In this document: positions 26,433 through 38,262 of the stretch, one piece after another
Layout of the letters: each line of letters starts with the position of its first letter
Position numbering within the stretch: position 1 is the stretch's first letter
DNA from: Octopus sinensis
Taxonomy: Eukaryota
Reading direction: 5' to 3'
Length of the DNA: 64,000 nt
Assembly: GCF_006345805.1 (NCBI RefSeq)
Contig: NC_043023.1
Location: forward strand, 8,742,001-8,806,000
Made by a program: the position numbers and the translations under genes
Notes under the pieces: generated by a model
The model's database searches: none
The model's input: the letters and a program-made list of their open reading frames with translations, nothing else
What the model was told of the DNA's origin: nothing

Positions 26433-26807
26433 TACTCTTTACTCTTTTACTCTTTTACTTGTTTCAGTCATTTCACTGCAGTCATGCTGGAGCACCGCCT
26501 TTAATCGAGCAACTCGACCCCGGGACTTATTCTTTTGTAAGCCCAGTACTTATTCTATCAGTCTCTTTTGCCGAACCACTAAGTAACGGTTGTCAAGCAA
26601 TGCTAGGGGGACAAACACAGACACACAAACACACACATATATACGACGGGCTTCTTTCAGTTTCCGTCTACCAAATCCACTCACAAGGCTTTGGTCGGCC
26701 CGAGGCCATAGTAGAAGACACTTGTTCTAGGTGCCATGCAGTGGGACTGAACCCGGAAGCATGTGGCTGGTAAACAAGCTACTTACCACACAGCCACTCC
26801 TGCGCCT
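26433..26807 (-). mobile_element. SINE family A
   Basis: Homology to the other copies; small internal deletion. Confidence 0.9.
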
Positions 26808-27487
26808 ATGATGAACTTCTGGAAAGTTTTACAGATTTTTACAGTTTCAGTGATAGATTGGCTCTGTAGTCTTTGATTTAGCTTTCCGCTTTCTGGTTTT
26901 GAGAAGCCTAATTTCATGTATGTATGTAAGTTATATGTATGCATGTATAAACACTGTCAGAAAGACATAGATTTCTGATTAAGATCAGGGAATACGGAGC
27001 AGCGTTAGACAAATATTGACATTCCAGCAAAACATATACCATACATACATATATACACACCGCACACACATATTCTCGATCACACCCAAAGGAAGCTAAT
27101 CTGGTTGGATAGCGAATATAAACTCGTCAACAAGCTACAACTCGGTCACAGACATATTGTATAAAGATGATAGAGACCGATATAGTAGTAACAGTAAAGC
27201 CATACTTCTCTGAATTAACTCTACTTAAACACACAGAACACCCCTCACTCCTCTTTTTCGCATGTCATCGTTAATGTGAGTCGCTTACAAAACCTGCACT
27301 AAAATATTTGTCCAGTCAACAATCCTTCATCAAATTGACAACATTCTGGAATTCTTTTCACATCCATGATTTTTCTGCAGACATCAACTATTGATCTTAC
27401 CAATCTGTGAGAATTCCACAAACTGTTGGACACTGTATCTCTGCATTTGAACAGTTTACAAAATAAGATAGAAATTGAAATGCTTAC

Positions 27488-27603
27488 TTGAAATAAACAT
27501 GAACTATTGCTGTCAGAATGACACAGACAAGTGATATTCCACAGGCAATATTAGAAAGAATAGACAACATTTGTTTTAAATCTCTTTCATTCTGGTAGAC
27601 ATC
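27488..27603 (-). CDS. Adhesion GPCR exon: end of tethered agonist and TM1
   Basis: DVYQNERDLKQMLSILSNIACGISLVCVILTAIVHVYF; CTATTGCAG acceptor, GTAAGC donor, 116 nt. Confidence 0.92.
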
Positions 27604-28032
27604 CTGCAATAGAAACAAACGACAACATATTATCCCCTCCTTTCTTATCTTATTTCTTTCTTATATGCTAAGTCAATACTTATATAAATTATGAGGGTTA
27701 ATATAGGCGGGTGCCATCTTCTATTACATGTTACATGATATTTAACCCCAGTGTGACGTTTCACTGTCGTTATGATGTATATGAGATATCTGAGTCAAGT
27801 TCGAATATACCACCGTCCTATAAATCTTTAGTTCAAATTCATTGAAGGTATATCTTATTATATGTTATCAGTACAAATAATTGAAGCTGTTTGACCTAAA
27901 CCGTTAATTGAGGGCGGACGTATGGCTTAAAATGTGATAAATAAATATCCAGATAGTGTAATAAAGAGAAGTGAAGTTATTTAGTAATGTTCTAACAACA
28001 CTGCCATTATGATGTCAGATGATAGTAGAACT

Positions 28033-28266
28033 TAAGGCGGCGAGCTGGCAGAATCGTTAGCACGCCGGACGAAAGGCTTAGCGTATTTCGTCTGCCGTTA
28101 CGTTCTGAGTTCAAATTCCGCCGAGGTCGACTTTACTTTTCATCCTTTCGGGGTCGATAAATTAAGTACCAGTTACTCACTGGGGTCGATGTAATCGACT
28201 TAACCCCTTTGTCTGTCCTTGTTTGTCCCCTCTATGTTTAACCCCTTGTGGGCAATAAAGAAATAA
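28033..28266 (+). mobile_element. SINE family C, full length with 15 bp TSD
   Basis: TSD GATGATAGTAGAACT at 28018-28032 and 28267-28281. Confidence 0.93.
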
Positions 28267-28551
28267 GATGATAGTAGAACTGGTATTGAGTGAACTAACT
28301 TATTGCATTGCTTCAGCTATTCCTTTAAGCTAAAATATGTACAGAAGATAGGGGTAGGTTTTAGTTTTACGGGTAGCAGATGTGTTGTAGAAACTGACAG
28401 ATATTGTATATATCTGCATTATTGACACAGAAGTTTCATGTAAATGAGAGGAGAGACCCTGTAACAGAATCATGAAGAGGCCAAATGTTTAACTTGTAAG
28501 CTACAAACATGGCTTTTGTGCTTTAGAGAATTATTGTATACTAAATAAGTA

Positions 28552-28904
28552 CCGTAGATCCTCGAGTATATTCCGCCCGTGAGTATAATATGGAGGGGAT
28601 TTTTAGGGGGTTGTACCTCTGAAAAACCTAAACCTTGTGTATAATACGCACTCCTTCTCTAACCTGAGTCAAGGAGGTCTATATAACGTCCTTGGTTTGT
28701 AAAAATGTATACGGTAACGTCCTTTATCATTATTGTATATATAGCATAATGCAAACGTGTAGCTTCTTTGTACTTGACAGCAAATAGAGATTCGGACATT
28801 GCTTAGGAAATATTTTTCATTTTTACCGCGTATATAGTACGCTCTAGGGATTTTGACCTTTAAATTTTTGGAAAAAATTGCGGATTATACTCGAGGATTT
28901 ACGG
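28552..28904. mobile_element. MITE, Tc1/mariner-pogo type
   Basis: 25 bp TIRs CCGTAGATCCTCGAGTATATTCCGC / GCGGATTATACTCGAGGATTTACGG with 2 mismatches; TA on both sides. Confidence 0.85.
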
Positions 28905-29231
28905 TATCTCTTACTTAGATTGTCATTCAGATTGTTTTAGCCCAATAGATTTTAAATTCAGCGAAAATGGTTGTTTTTCTCTGTCCCATGACATTCACCT
29001 TTGAGAAATTCTCATGCATTTAATTGAGGATCGTATCTTGGTTCATCAAGTAGACACCGTTCTGAGTTTAAACTGATAAACAGCAATAAGAGCACGATCA
29101 ACAGTGCCCTATTACAAAATACCAACCTCACATATTTACTAAAATGATGGTTAATACGTGTTGAACTTATTTATGCACAGACAGGATTTCCAGTGTACTG
29201 GCAATTAACTGGTTGTCGTAATGTTACCAAC

Positions 29232-29381
29232 CATTAGCATGGCAAAACTTGTAAGATGGTTACAAGTACAAAATACTTTTTTTCCAGGTTCATAGTCGGA
29301 TGTATCACAGCCCTTTGCTGACCAGTGGGGATTACGCCCTGGGGATTCGTCCCAATAGACACATTGTGGGTTGGTGGTATT
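29232..29381 (-). CDS. Adhesion GPCR exon: GPS motif
   Basis: NTTNPQCVYWDESPGRNPHWSAKGCDTSDYEPGKKVFCTCNHLTSFAMLM; C-W-W-C-C-C pattern, HL/T cleavage site; TTTTTCAG acceptor, GT donor, 150 nt. Confidence 0.96.
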
Positions 29382-29472
29382 CTGAAAAACAATTTAATCA
29401 AATTACTTTGTAATTAGAAATATTAAATTTCTAAATATCTCATAGAGATATGTACGGTGGTGGAGCGATAGC

Positions 29473-29797
29473 GTGGTTGTATACTGTCAACTTAACGTGA
29501 CAGTCCTGTTTAGCCCTAGGAAGCATCGAGCATATTCCGCTCTTGAGTATAATATGCAGGGGATTTTTAGGGGGTTGTACCTCTGAAAAACCTAAACCTT
29601 GTGTATAATACGCACTCCTTCTCTAACCTGAGTCAAGGTGTATATAACGTCCTTGGTTTGTAAAAAATGTATACGGTAACGTCCTTTATTATTATTGTAT
29701 ATATAACATAATGCAAACGTGTAGCTTCCTAGGGCTAAACAGCGGTGGTGTAATTCTCTTACAGGACTGTCACGTTAAGTTGACAGTATACAACCAC
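29473..29797. repeat. Inverted-repeat pair enclosing a copy of the neighbouring MITE interior
   Basis: Arms 29473-29524 and 29724-29797; interior matches about 28562-28785. Confidence 0.85.
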
Positions 29798-30418
29798 TCT
29801 ACTTTGTAATTAAAATACATGTAATGTATCTTTGCGAAAGTAACAAAATATCAAACAATGGTTATAAATGTTTAGTTATTATTGACACTGTGAACACCAA
29901 ATCACTGTTTGTAACGTAGCTGAACTGACAATTCAAATTTGTTTTTTAATCTATGTTTAGTATGATAATTTCTACTCCATCACATTAACAACTGATGTCG
30001 TTCTTGAAATATTTAGTGATCTACAAAATGACATGATGGTCATGGCTGTAATGTGTTTCATCAGAGGCCTACTGGATCAGAGATGACATGAAGGTAAACA
30101 ACAATAACAACCTCAACTATAGTCAACGGAAACCCAAAGAAATTTATTACATTTAAAATACACAGACGCAATTAATGAAGGCAATAGACAAACATATTAA
30201 GAAAATACACTGGTGATACTAAAAAACAACACAAATAACTGGAAACATATCCGCCGCGTGTATTATAAAGATATTTATAATTTGAAACTACTACTACTAC
30301 TACGACTACTACTACTACTACTTGTTCCACCGCGGTCCGTGTTTCATTTGTGAGCAGTGGTATATGGCTCTGAAACGAAACAAACTGTGACAGCTATAAC
30401 AAAATACATAGGGCTTAC

Positions 30419-30547
30419 CGGATCTATTACATTGAATGCTATTGTAACTGGTTCATCACGGTTGGTTATATTAACATTGGGAATACTTGCAGCAATAATA
30501 TGGCTGTTAATTTTCGTATTTGCTTTGGCACTTGAGTTTTGTATTAC
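30419..30547 (-). CDS. Adhesion GPCR exon: C-terminal GAIN domain
   Basis: VIQNSSAKANTKINSHIIAASIPNVNITNRDEPVTIAFNVIDP; CTTTACAG acceptor, GTAAGC donor, 129 nt; ADGRG-like pattern. Confidence 0.92.
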
Positions 30548-31036
30548 CTGTAAAGGGAAGCCGTTAGATAAACATATTTATTGCCATAGAAGAGTTTATT
30601 AATACATCGTTAAAGCATGGAATTAAACATTGGAGTTGTGCTTCGACAATATTATTTTAGTCAGTACAACATATATTACAATATATATTACATGTGGGTT
30701 CATTACTGAGGGTTATCCTTGCCTTAAGGAATAGATAAATTGCTTTTACATCTAAATTGTAAATATTAAGAGCTGCTGTTATGTCTATGTACTTAAGAAA
30801 GTTCCTTGAAAATCAACGTATCCTTTGTTCAATCTTCTTACATAGCACCTTGGGAAAAGGGATTTCTACAACAGCTTGTGGTTGACAAGAATATTGAGAG
30901 ATGTATTTGGTAGCTGAAACTGTTGAAGAGATCCCAAATTTCAACATTTGTCCCCTGGCGTCCTGTTATTTATTTGATTTCTATTCACTTCGAGCTGTGC
31001 GGATAATACCGGACTGACTTGGTGTCTAAACCTAAT

Positions 31037-31179
<143 letters not shown>

Positions 31180-34100
31180 CATACCATGAATTACTACACA
31201 AAGAAATTACTAAGAAATATGAAATTGTATCTTTTAACACACTTAGAAACTGAACCTTGAGATTAGAGAAATAATATTGGATTATTACCTAGAAGAAAAA
31301 ACGGAACCTTATACCCCCACTAGACCGAGAATCACACTCAAGGACCATAAAGAAAACTTTCTTGGTAACACGCAGGTCAGATTGATTTGCCCTACCAAAT
31401 CTGACTTAGGCAGACTGAGTAAACTTATTCTGGATAAATATTTACCTACTATACGTAACAAGATTAAACTTAACCTTTGGAAGAATACTCAAGGTGCACT
31501 GGATTGGTTTTCTGCCATAAAGGTCAGTGATAATAATAGAAGTAAATTCATCCAATTTGATATACAAAATTACTACACATCCATAAACCCTATTATATTA
31601 AATAAGGCTTTAATTTTTGCTAGGCGACACACTAAATTAAGTATGGGAGAGATTAGGGTTATCTTAACAGCTAGGAAAACTTTAATAGAGTTTGATAACA
31701 AACTTTGGGCTAGAAAAGACACCCAACTTGTTCGACATCACCATGGGATCGCCGGATTCAGCGGAAGTGACTGATCTGGTTGGGATGTACTTACTAGATA
31801 ACATTAGTAGAGAATTCCCTGAATTAAAAGAGGACTATATAGGGATGACGCTTTATTTTTGGTAAATAATACATCAAATAGGAGACTGGATCTACTGAAA
31901 AAAAGACTAAATAAATTTTTTAATAGTTTTGGCCTATCCATAATTATTGAAAATGAAAACTATTCTGCCAATTATTTGGATGTCAATTGCAACCTTACTA
32001 ATGGGATACATGAACCTTATATTAAACCCAATTCTAACTTAGTATATATAAACCGTTCTAGCAATCACCCCCTCAAATTAAAAGATCACTAGTGCATAGC
32101 ATTAGTCAGAGAATCTCTTATCTATCCTCAAACGGGGACATTTTTAATAAGCATTGTGATAGATATAATACAGCATTGCTTAAAGCAGGCTACAAAAGTA
32201 AAATATGGTATATACCCAAGCATAATCCTTCAAATACAGGTGGAACTATTAGGAACAACGCCAATAAATTTAGGACAAACAATAATAACTGTATGACAAG
32301 GAAAAATAGGATATATAAAAACGCATATGATAATTATAGAGGTGTTAATCTCGGAGCTGTTGACGGTAGTTTAAATAAATTAGCGCACATAAGTGATGGT
32401 AGTAATATTAATAATACGCATATCAAAACTAATGGTAGGTATGATAATAGTAAAGTTTATTTACGCAATAATTATGGGAATATTGATAATGATAGGCATA
32501 ACAATGACATTGTTAAGGATAGTAAACATATGGGATGGACGAGGAATAAGGTTTTTACTAAAAATAACAATTTGATAGGCAACCCTAATACTGATAAGGA
32601 TACACTATGGCTGATAATCCCATATGCATTGCAGATAAAAACAGACATAGTTAGAGCTTTGCACAATGTAATATTTAGGCATTTTGGTAAGGGTAAGAAT
32701 AAATTTGGTCATTTAATTAACAATGGAACTGTTAGAATAGGATATAGCATTACACATAATTTAGCCACCATCATCTCCTCATTTAATAACAGGAAACTGG
32801 ATTACTTCTATAATGATAGAAAGTTGAATTTAGATAATAGTAATTTGCCTCTCTATAATCGTAAGAACAATATTTCTTTTGGAGCTAACACGAACAACCC
32901 CCTTGCAAATTATGATGGTACCGTACCTGTAAGGAAAAATATTAATGTAATAGATGATACCACTACCACTAATACTATTACTATTGATAGGAATATCGCC
33001 AATAATGATAAATCAAATCATTCGTTGAATTTGGGATTGGATAGTAAAAATAATTGTAACACTATTAATGGGAATAGTGTTACAGAAATTTTGGCCAATG
33101 TTAGATTACCCCAACCTGTTGATAACTGTAATTTCAGAAACAGAAATCAATGTGTGTTTGGTAATTAATGCCTCAAGAAAGAGGTAGTTTATCAATGCAC
33201 TGTGGATACACAATTTAGTAGTAGGGTATACATCGGAGCAACTATGAATAGCATGAAACAGAGACTTAATTATCATAGATATACTTTTAGAAATAAAAAA
33301 TAGGATGTACTCTACAGGGTTAAGTGCGTATATTTGGGAACTCAAAAGTAAGAACTTAGATTTTAAATTAAATTGGAAAATACTAACTTCTGCACCTGTA
33401 TATAATGGAAAAAATAAAAAATGCTCTCTATGTATTAATGAAATTTTTTTCATTATCAAAGCTGGTAGGCCTATTATTAATAATATTAATGAAAAAATTT
33501 TTTTTGCATTCATAAACTACCGTACACTTTCTCTAGATTTAAATAGAGCTTTTCTAATAGTAATATTTTAACTCTCCTCTGTATCTAATTATACTAGTAG
33601 TCTTCTACAATTTTAAAACATGCAACTTATAAATTTATAATTTTATAATTTTGTAGCTACACATGTATATAAATATATATGTTCTGTATTAATTGTTTTT
33701 TGTTTTTGGTTTTTGTCCTGGTTTATAAGGGAAATACACTGCGGCAAGAAAGAATATATACATTTTGGTATATACACAGTAATATGATATTCTTGGAGAT
33801 TTCCAAAATTGCAGAGTGTGTATGAGTATCATAGTTGGATACCTGGTTTTAGATACTGTAATACTAATATGTAATAAATGTGAGTCTATATTGGATTTTG
33901 TTTGTTTTGGATGAGTATATGGGTTTTTGGCAGGCTTCTATATTGTATATTTAGTGTATCTTTGTACTCATCTAAATTTGTATCTTATGTTATTTATTAA
34001 TAAACCTATTCATTTACTTACATTTGGCTTTATACATATTAGCAGTCTTATATATTTAGTCTATATTTGTACTCATCTTGATTTGTACATTATGTTATTT

Positions 34101-35618
34101 ATCTATTTATTTATTCATTATCTATAGGTAAATGTTTACATAATAGTAGCCTGGATACTAAGTTTATATATGTACTTTTTTCAATGTATATTTTTCATTT
34201 TATTTTATGTTATTTATCTATCTATCTATTCTTTTATGTATATGTGGATATATACATATTAGCAGTACTATATATTAGGTTTACCTTTGTATTTATCTTA
34301 ATTTGTATTCTATGGTATTTATCTATTTATTTATTCATTTATTTATTTATTTATATGTAGATATATACATACATATCCATTATTTATTATAATAAAATAT
34401 ATATACATGTATACTAGCTTGTACTTATATTTTCATTTTAATTTTAATTATTTCATCTTATTTTATTTTATTACATTTTAATCTTAAGTAATTATAATTA
34501 TTAACTTATAATTAATTTAATTTTTGTTATTTACTTATATACTATTTTATTGGTAAGTCCTCCACTGATATTATTTAATGCCAAATCCTGTTAATTATTA
34601 CATTTGTATTTATGTGTCCACTGATGCTCAAAAATATATTTATATATAAGTACTATGAATTTTACACGCACATCACATGTGAAAATATATGGTGTGTATG
34701 TGTATGTCTGTTGTTACACATGAGTATACATATGGGCATGTAGATGTGAGTGTAATTCTATTAGTTCGTTGGTAAGGGTTTTAATAGATAAATATTAGTA
34801 TTATAATAACATTGGATTTATTACGTAAAGATGATATCTATTTATGCTATAAGGAGTTATTTTGTTTATATATCCTAGAATATTAGCGTATTTTGACTTC
34901 TTACAATTAATCTCTTATAATTTAATTATTATAAACCGATGTTAACTTAGTATATATATATTTCTATGTCTTTTGATAGTCAAACGGAAATGTTTAATAT
35001 ATACTTTATAATTTAGCGTATGTTTGAATATAGCATATAGCGGTTAAGTTAGCAGACTTTTAGTTATAAAACACTATGGTTACGAAAAATACGGTGTCAT
35101 ATGAATTGTGTACCTTATGAAAAATTACATTCTCTATCTTGATATAATTATATGTATCTTTGCATTTAATGTTTTATGGAAATATGTGAGTGGATCTTCT
35201 TAGTTAATACCGCGGCCTTGGTGTCGTTTTGGGGGTGCTGGATGTCTGCATGCATGTATGTGCAATCGGTTGGGTTCCTCTGTTTTTTCCATGTGTATAG
35301 TTACGAGTATACCTCTTATATTATTTATTTATTTATTTATGAGTTGGCTGTGTATGTGGCTATGTATGTGTGTATGTGTGTGGGTGTATGTGTGTGTGTA
35401 TACATATAATTATGTATGTATGTGCGCAGGATCTGTGGATGTGCGTGTGCGTATGTGCGCTTCTTGGCTAAATAACCGTAAAATTTCCATTGTGATTCAA
35501 ATTTAAAACTATAAGCCAATCGAATCTACCTAGGAAAATCAATATCAAGCGGATAGATGGATTCGACTCATTGAGTATATATGTGGATGTCCGCTTGCTT
35601 TACATGGTACAATCATGG

Positions 35619-35649
<31 letters not shown>

Positions 35650-36110
35650 AGTTAATATTAATATTAATTTTATTGACTTTTTGTAGGGTTATACATTTTA
35701 ATGAACTGGACTGTTCTATATATATATGTCTGCTTTAAATTTAAATGTGAGTGTACATGCATTTCCTTGATGTTGGTTATGGAACTATGAGTCCAATATG
35801 GAAAATAACTGTGTTTGTTAATGTATACTGATATATTTTGTTTGTATTGTATTAATGTGTATATATATATATGCGTAGAATTATGAGTGTCTATGCACAC
35901 ATTTTTATATTTTATATTTTTATATTTATATGTAAATTTTTTCACACTTATATTAAATTCTCTGAAGAGGCCGTGAGACATCCTTGTTAATGTCTCAGTT
36001 ATACCTGCTTTATATGGCTAATAGGTTTAATGAGACATACCTGTCTTCACGGCCGAAACAGCTGTCAGATATGATGTAATTGTATTTTCTATTTCTATTT
36101 CCATGTCTAG
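31180..36110 (+). mobile_element. Penelope-like element, family 1 (possibly Naiad type), 5'-truncated, long AT-rich 3' region
   Basis: RT: RITLKDHK, VRLICPTKSDLGRLSK, FIQFDIQNYY, YRDD region, YINRSSNHP; GIY-YIG VVYQCTV..VYIGAT near 33185-33245; hammerhead at the 3' end; the 3' limit is inferred. Confidence 0.85.
35959..36069 (+). ncRNA. Type I hammerhead ribozyme with enlarged stem II
   Basis: UCU CUGAAGA GGCCGUG..CACGGCC GAAA CAGCUG UC AGA; predicted cleavage after C36066. Confidence 0.8.
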
Positions 36111-36232
36111 TTATATTTGCAATATATTATGTATAATGTCATTGCTGTTATGTAATGGTTTAATAAAGTATTGATTGGGTATTATCTGATGGTTGATGAT
36201 TGATTTAGGTATACTTCTCCATTTTCTCATTT

Positions 36233-36312
<80 letters not shown>

Positions 36313-36656
36313 TGTATGTGTGGTGTGTATGTGTCTGTATCTGTGAGTGTGTATAAAACAAGCAAAGTAGCAAGTCAGAAAATCTCTAGAGGAGATGAAT
36401 GTAGTAACTATACCGAGAGGAAATATTTATCACCACATCAGCATGGCTGTTCCATAGGAATCGATATTACTACCGTTCAAACACCAGGAGTATCCGCTTC
36501 CAGTTGTTTATCGATGCAGTCTGCACCCGTAATATATTGCAAGCTGAGAAGCAAATCCTTACTACCCTCTAGCAGACGACGGCATCCCGAGACCACACGG
36601 TTTCTGACTATTTGTGGCCATTGTCAGTGGTGAACAATCGGCCGCTATATATATAT

Positions 36657-36724
<68 letters not shown>

Positions 36725-36727
<3 letters not shown>

Positions 36728-37117
36728 TAGCAGTATCGCCCGGCGTTGCTCGGGTTTGTAAGGGAAATAACTATAAAGCATTTTTAGAGTGTTGTAGCCC
36801 AAAAATAGCAAAAAATGCATTAAAAATGGAAAAAAAATTATGGTAATTTTTTTTTAAATCGTTCACTCATCGTAGACATTTTCAGAGAGTTACTTCCATT
36901 ATATTTAAAAAAAATATGCATTAAAATGGAAAAAAATTATGGTAAATTATTTTTAAATCGTAGATTCATCGTAGACGCGCGATAATACCCAGAAGGGCTT
37001 GATATGAATCACGACTATAAGATACCCGGTTTTGGTTAAACTGCACCGCAAAATGTGGGTGTAGTTAGGAATCTAAATCGGAGTACACAGACACACAACC
37101 TTACTTTTATATATAAA

Positions 37118-37120
<3 letters not shown>
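36725..37120 (+). mobile_element. Non-autonomous Helitron/Helentron-like element within (TA)n
   Basis: Starts TACTAGCAGTATCGCCCGGCGTTGCTCGGG (hairpin), ends ACAGACACACAACC..TTTTATATAT; same as 49321-49610. Confidence 0.7.
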
Positions 37121-37214
<94 letters not shown>

Positions 37215-37926
37215 TAATCCAAACAAGAAAACACAGAAAAAAAGAGAAAAAACACAGCAACGCAGGACGTGGAACAATTAAAGTATTATTGACGCTCAGG
37301 AAAGAAGGGAAGGAGGGTTTAACGTTTCGAGCGGAGCTCTTCGTCGGAAACAAGGAGAAGGAAAGATCCCAAGGAGGGAAGACAGAGGAGACAATATTTG
37401 AGCTGGTGGTGCTTAAGAGATCACATGTTGAAAGAACAGAATTTGAAGGTAGTTGAAATATGGTTTTATAATGCAAGAGAGTTCCAAAAAAAGGAATGCC
37501 TGTGTGTGTGTGTGTGTGTGTGCAAGATGACAAGTGTGTTTGTGCGTGCGTGTGTGTGTGTATTTTTGGTGAATAAGGGCAATGACAAAGCCAGCTGTCA
37601 TGATGACTACTAGCCGTTTGTGTCAAGCCAGGTCAAAGCTGGGTCAAAAAAACAAAGGGCTATAGAGTGTATGTATGTACGTGTACGTGTGTGCGTGTAT
37701 GTGTGGGTTTGTATGTGTTTGTGTGTATGTGTGCGTGCGCGGATAGGTGTATATTGTGTATGTATATCTGTCGGTGTGTATGTGAGTTTGTGTGTATTTG
37801 TACGTGTGTATGTGTGTGTGAGTGTATAGTATATATATATGTAAATGTGTGTGTGTGTGTACGTGCGTGTGAGTGAATGTATGTATATATGTGTGCGTGC
37901 GTGTACAATGTAGGGGCTTATATAAT

Positions 37927-37927
37927 A

Positions 37928-37984
<57 letters not shown>

Positions 37985-37985
37985 T
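37927..37985. repeat. (TAA)n, 3' flank of Tx1 copy 3
   Basis: Direct reading. Confidence 0.95.
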
Positions 37986-38262
37986 AATTCTTTTTTATTG
38001 GCCACAAGGGCTGACACGCATGATTTGAAACATGAAGGGACAATACAGGACGAAAGGTTACAAAGGGTTTTGTCCGTTTTTGAAAAACATCGAGTAAAAA
38101 CTTAATAACATTAAAAAATTTAACAATGAAAATCTCCCAAAAGGGGGAGGCGCTAAGAAAGGTTCCTGGTGGAAAAAACCCCACAAAAGCCAACGGGAGC
38201 CTGGTCAAAAAAAGGGGGTGTAGAGAGTCCCTTTTTTCTCCTTTTATATTACCCTTTTGAAA

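Noticed and set aside
27289-27374. Exon-like segment just after the TM1 exon
   Set aside because: In-frame stop; the true TM2 exon at 24895-25018 fits phase and homology
30825-30944. Possible upstream GAIN exon (DARGQMLKF..EIPFPKVL)
   Set aside because: No polypyrimidine tract, phase incompatible with the 30547 exon, no clear homology
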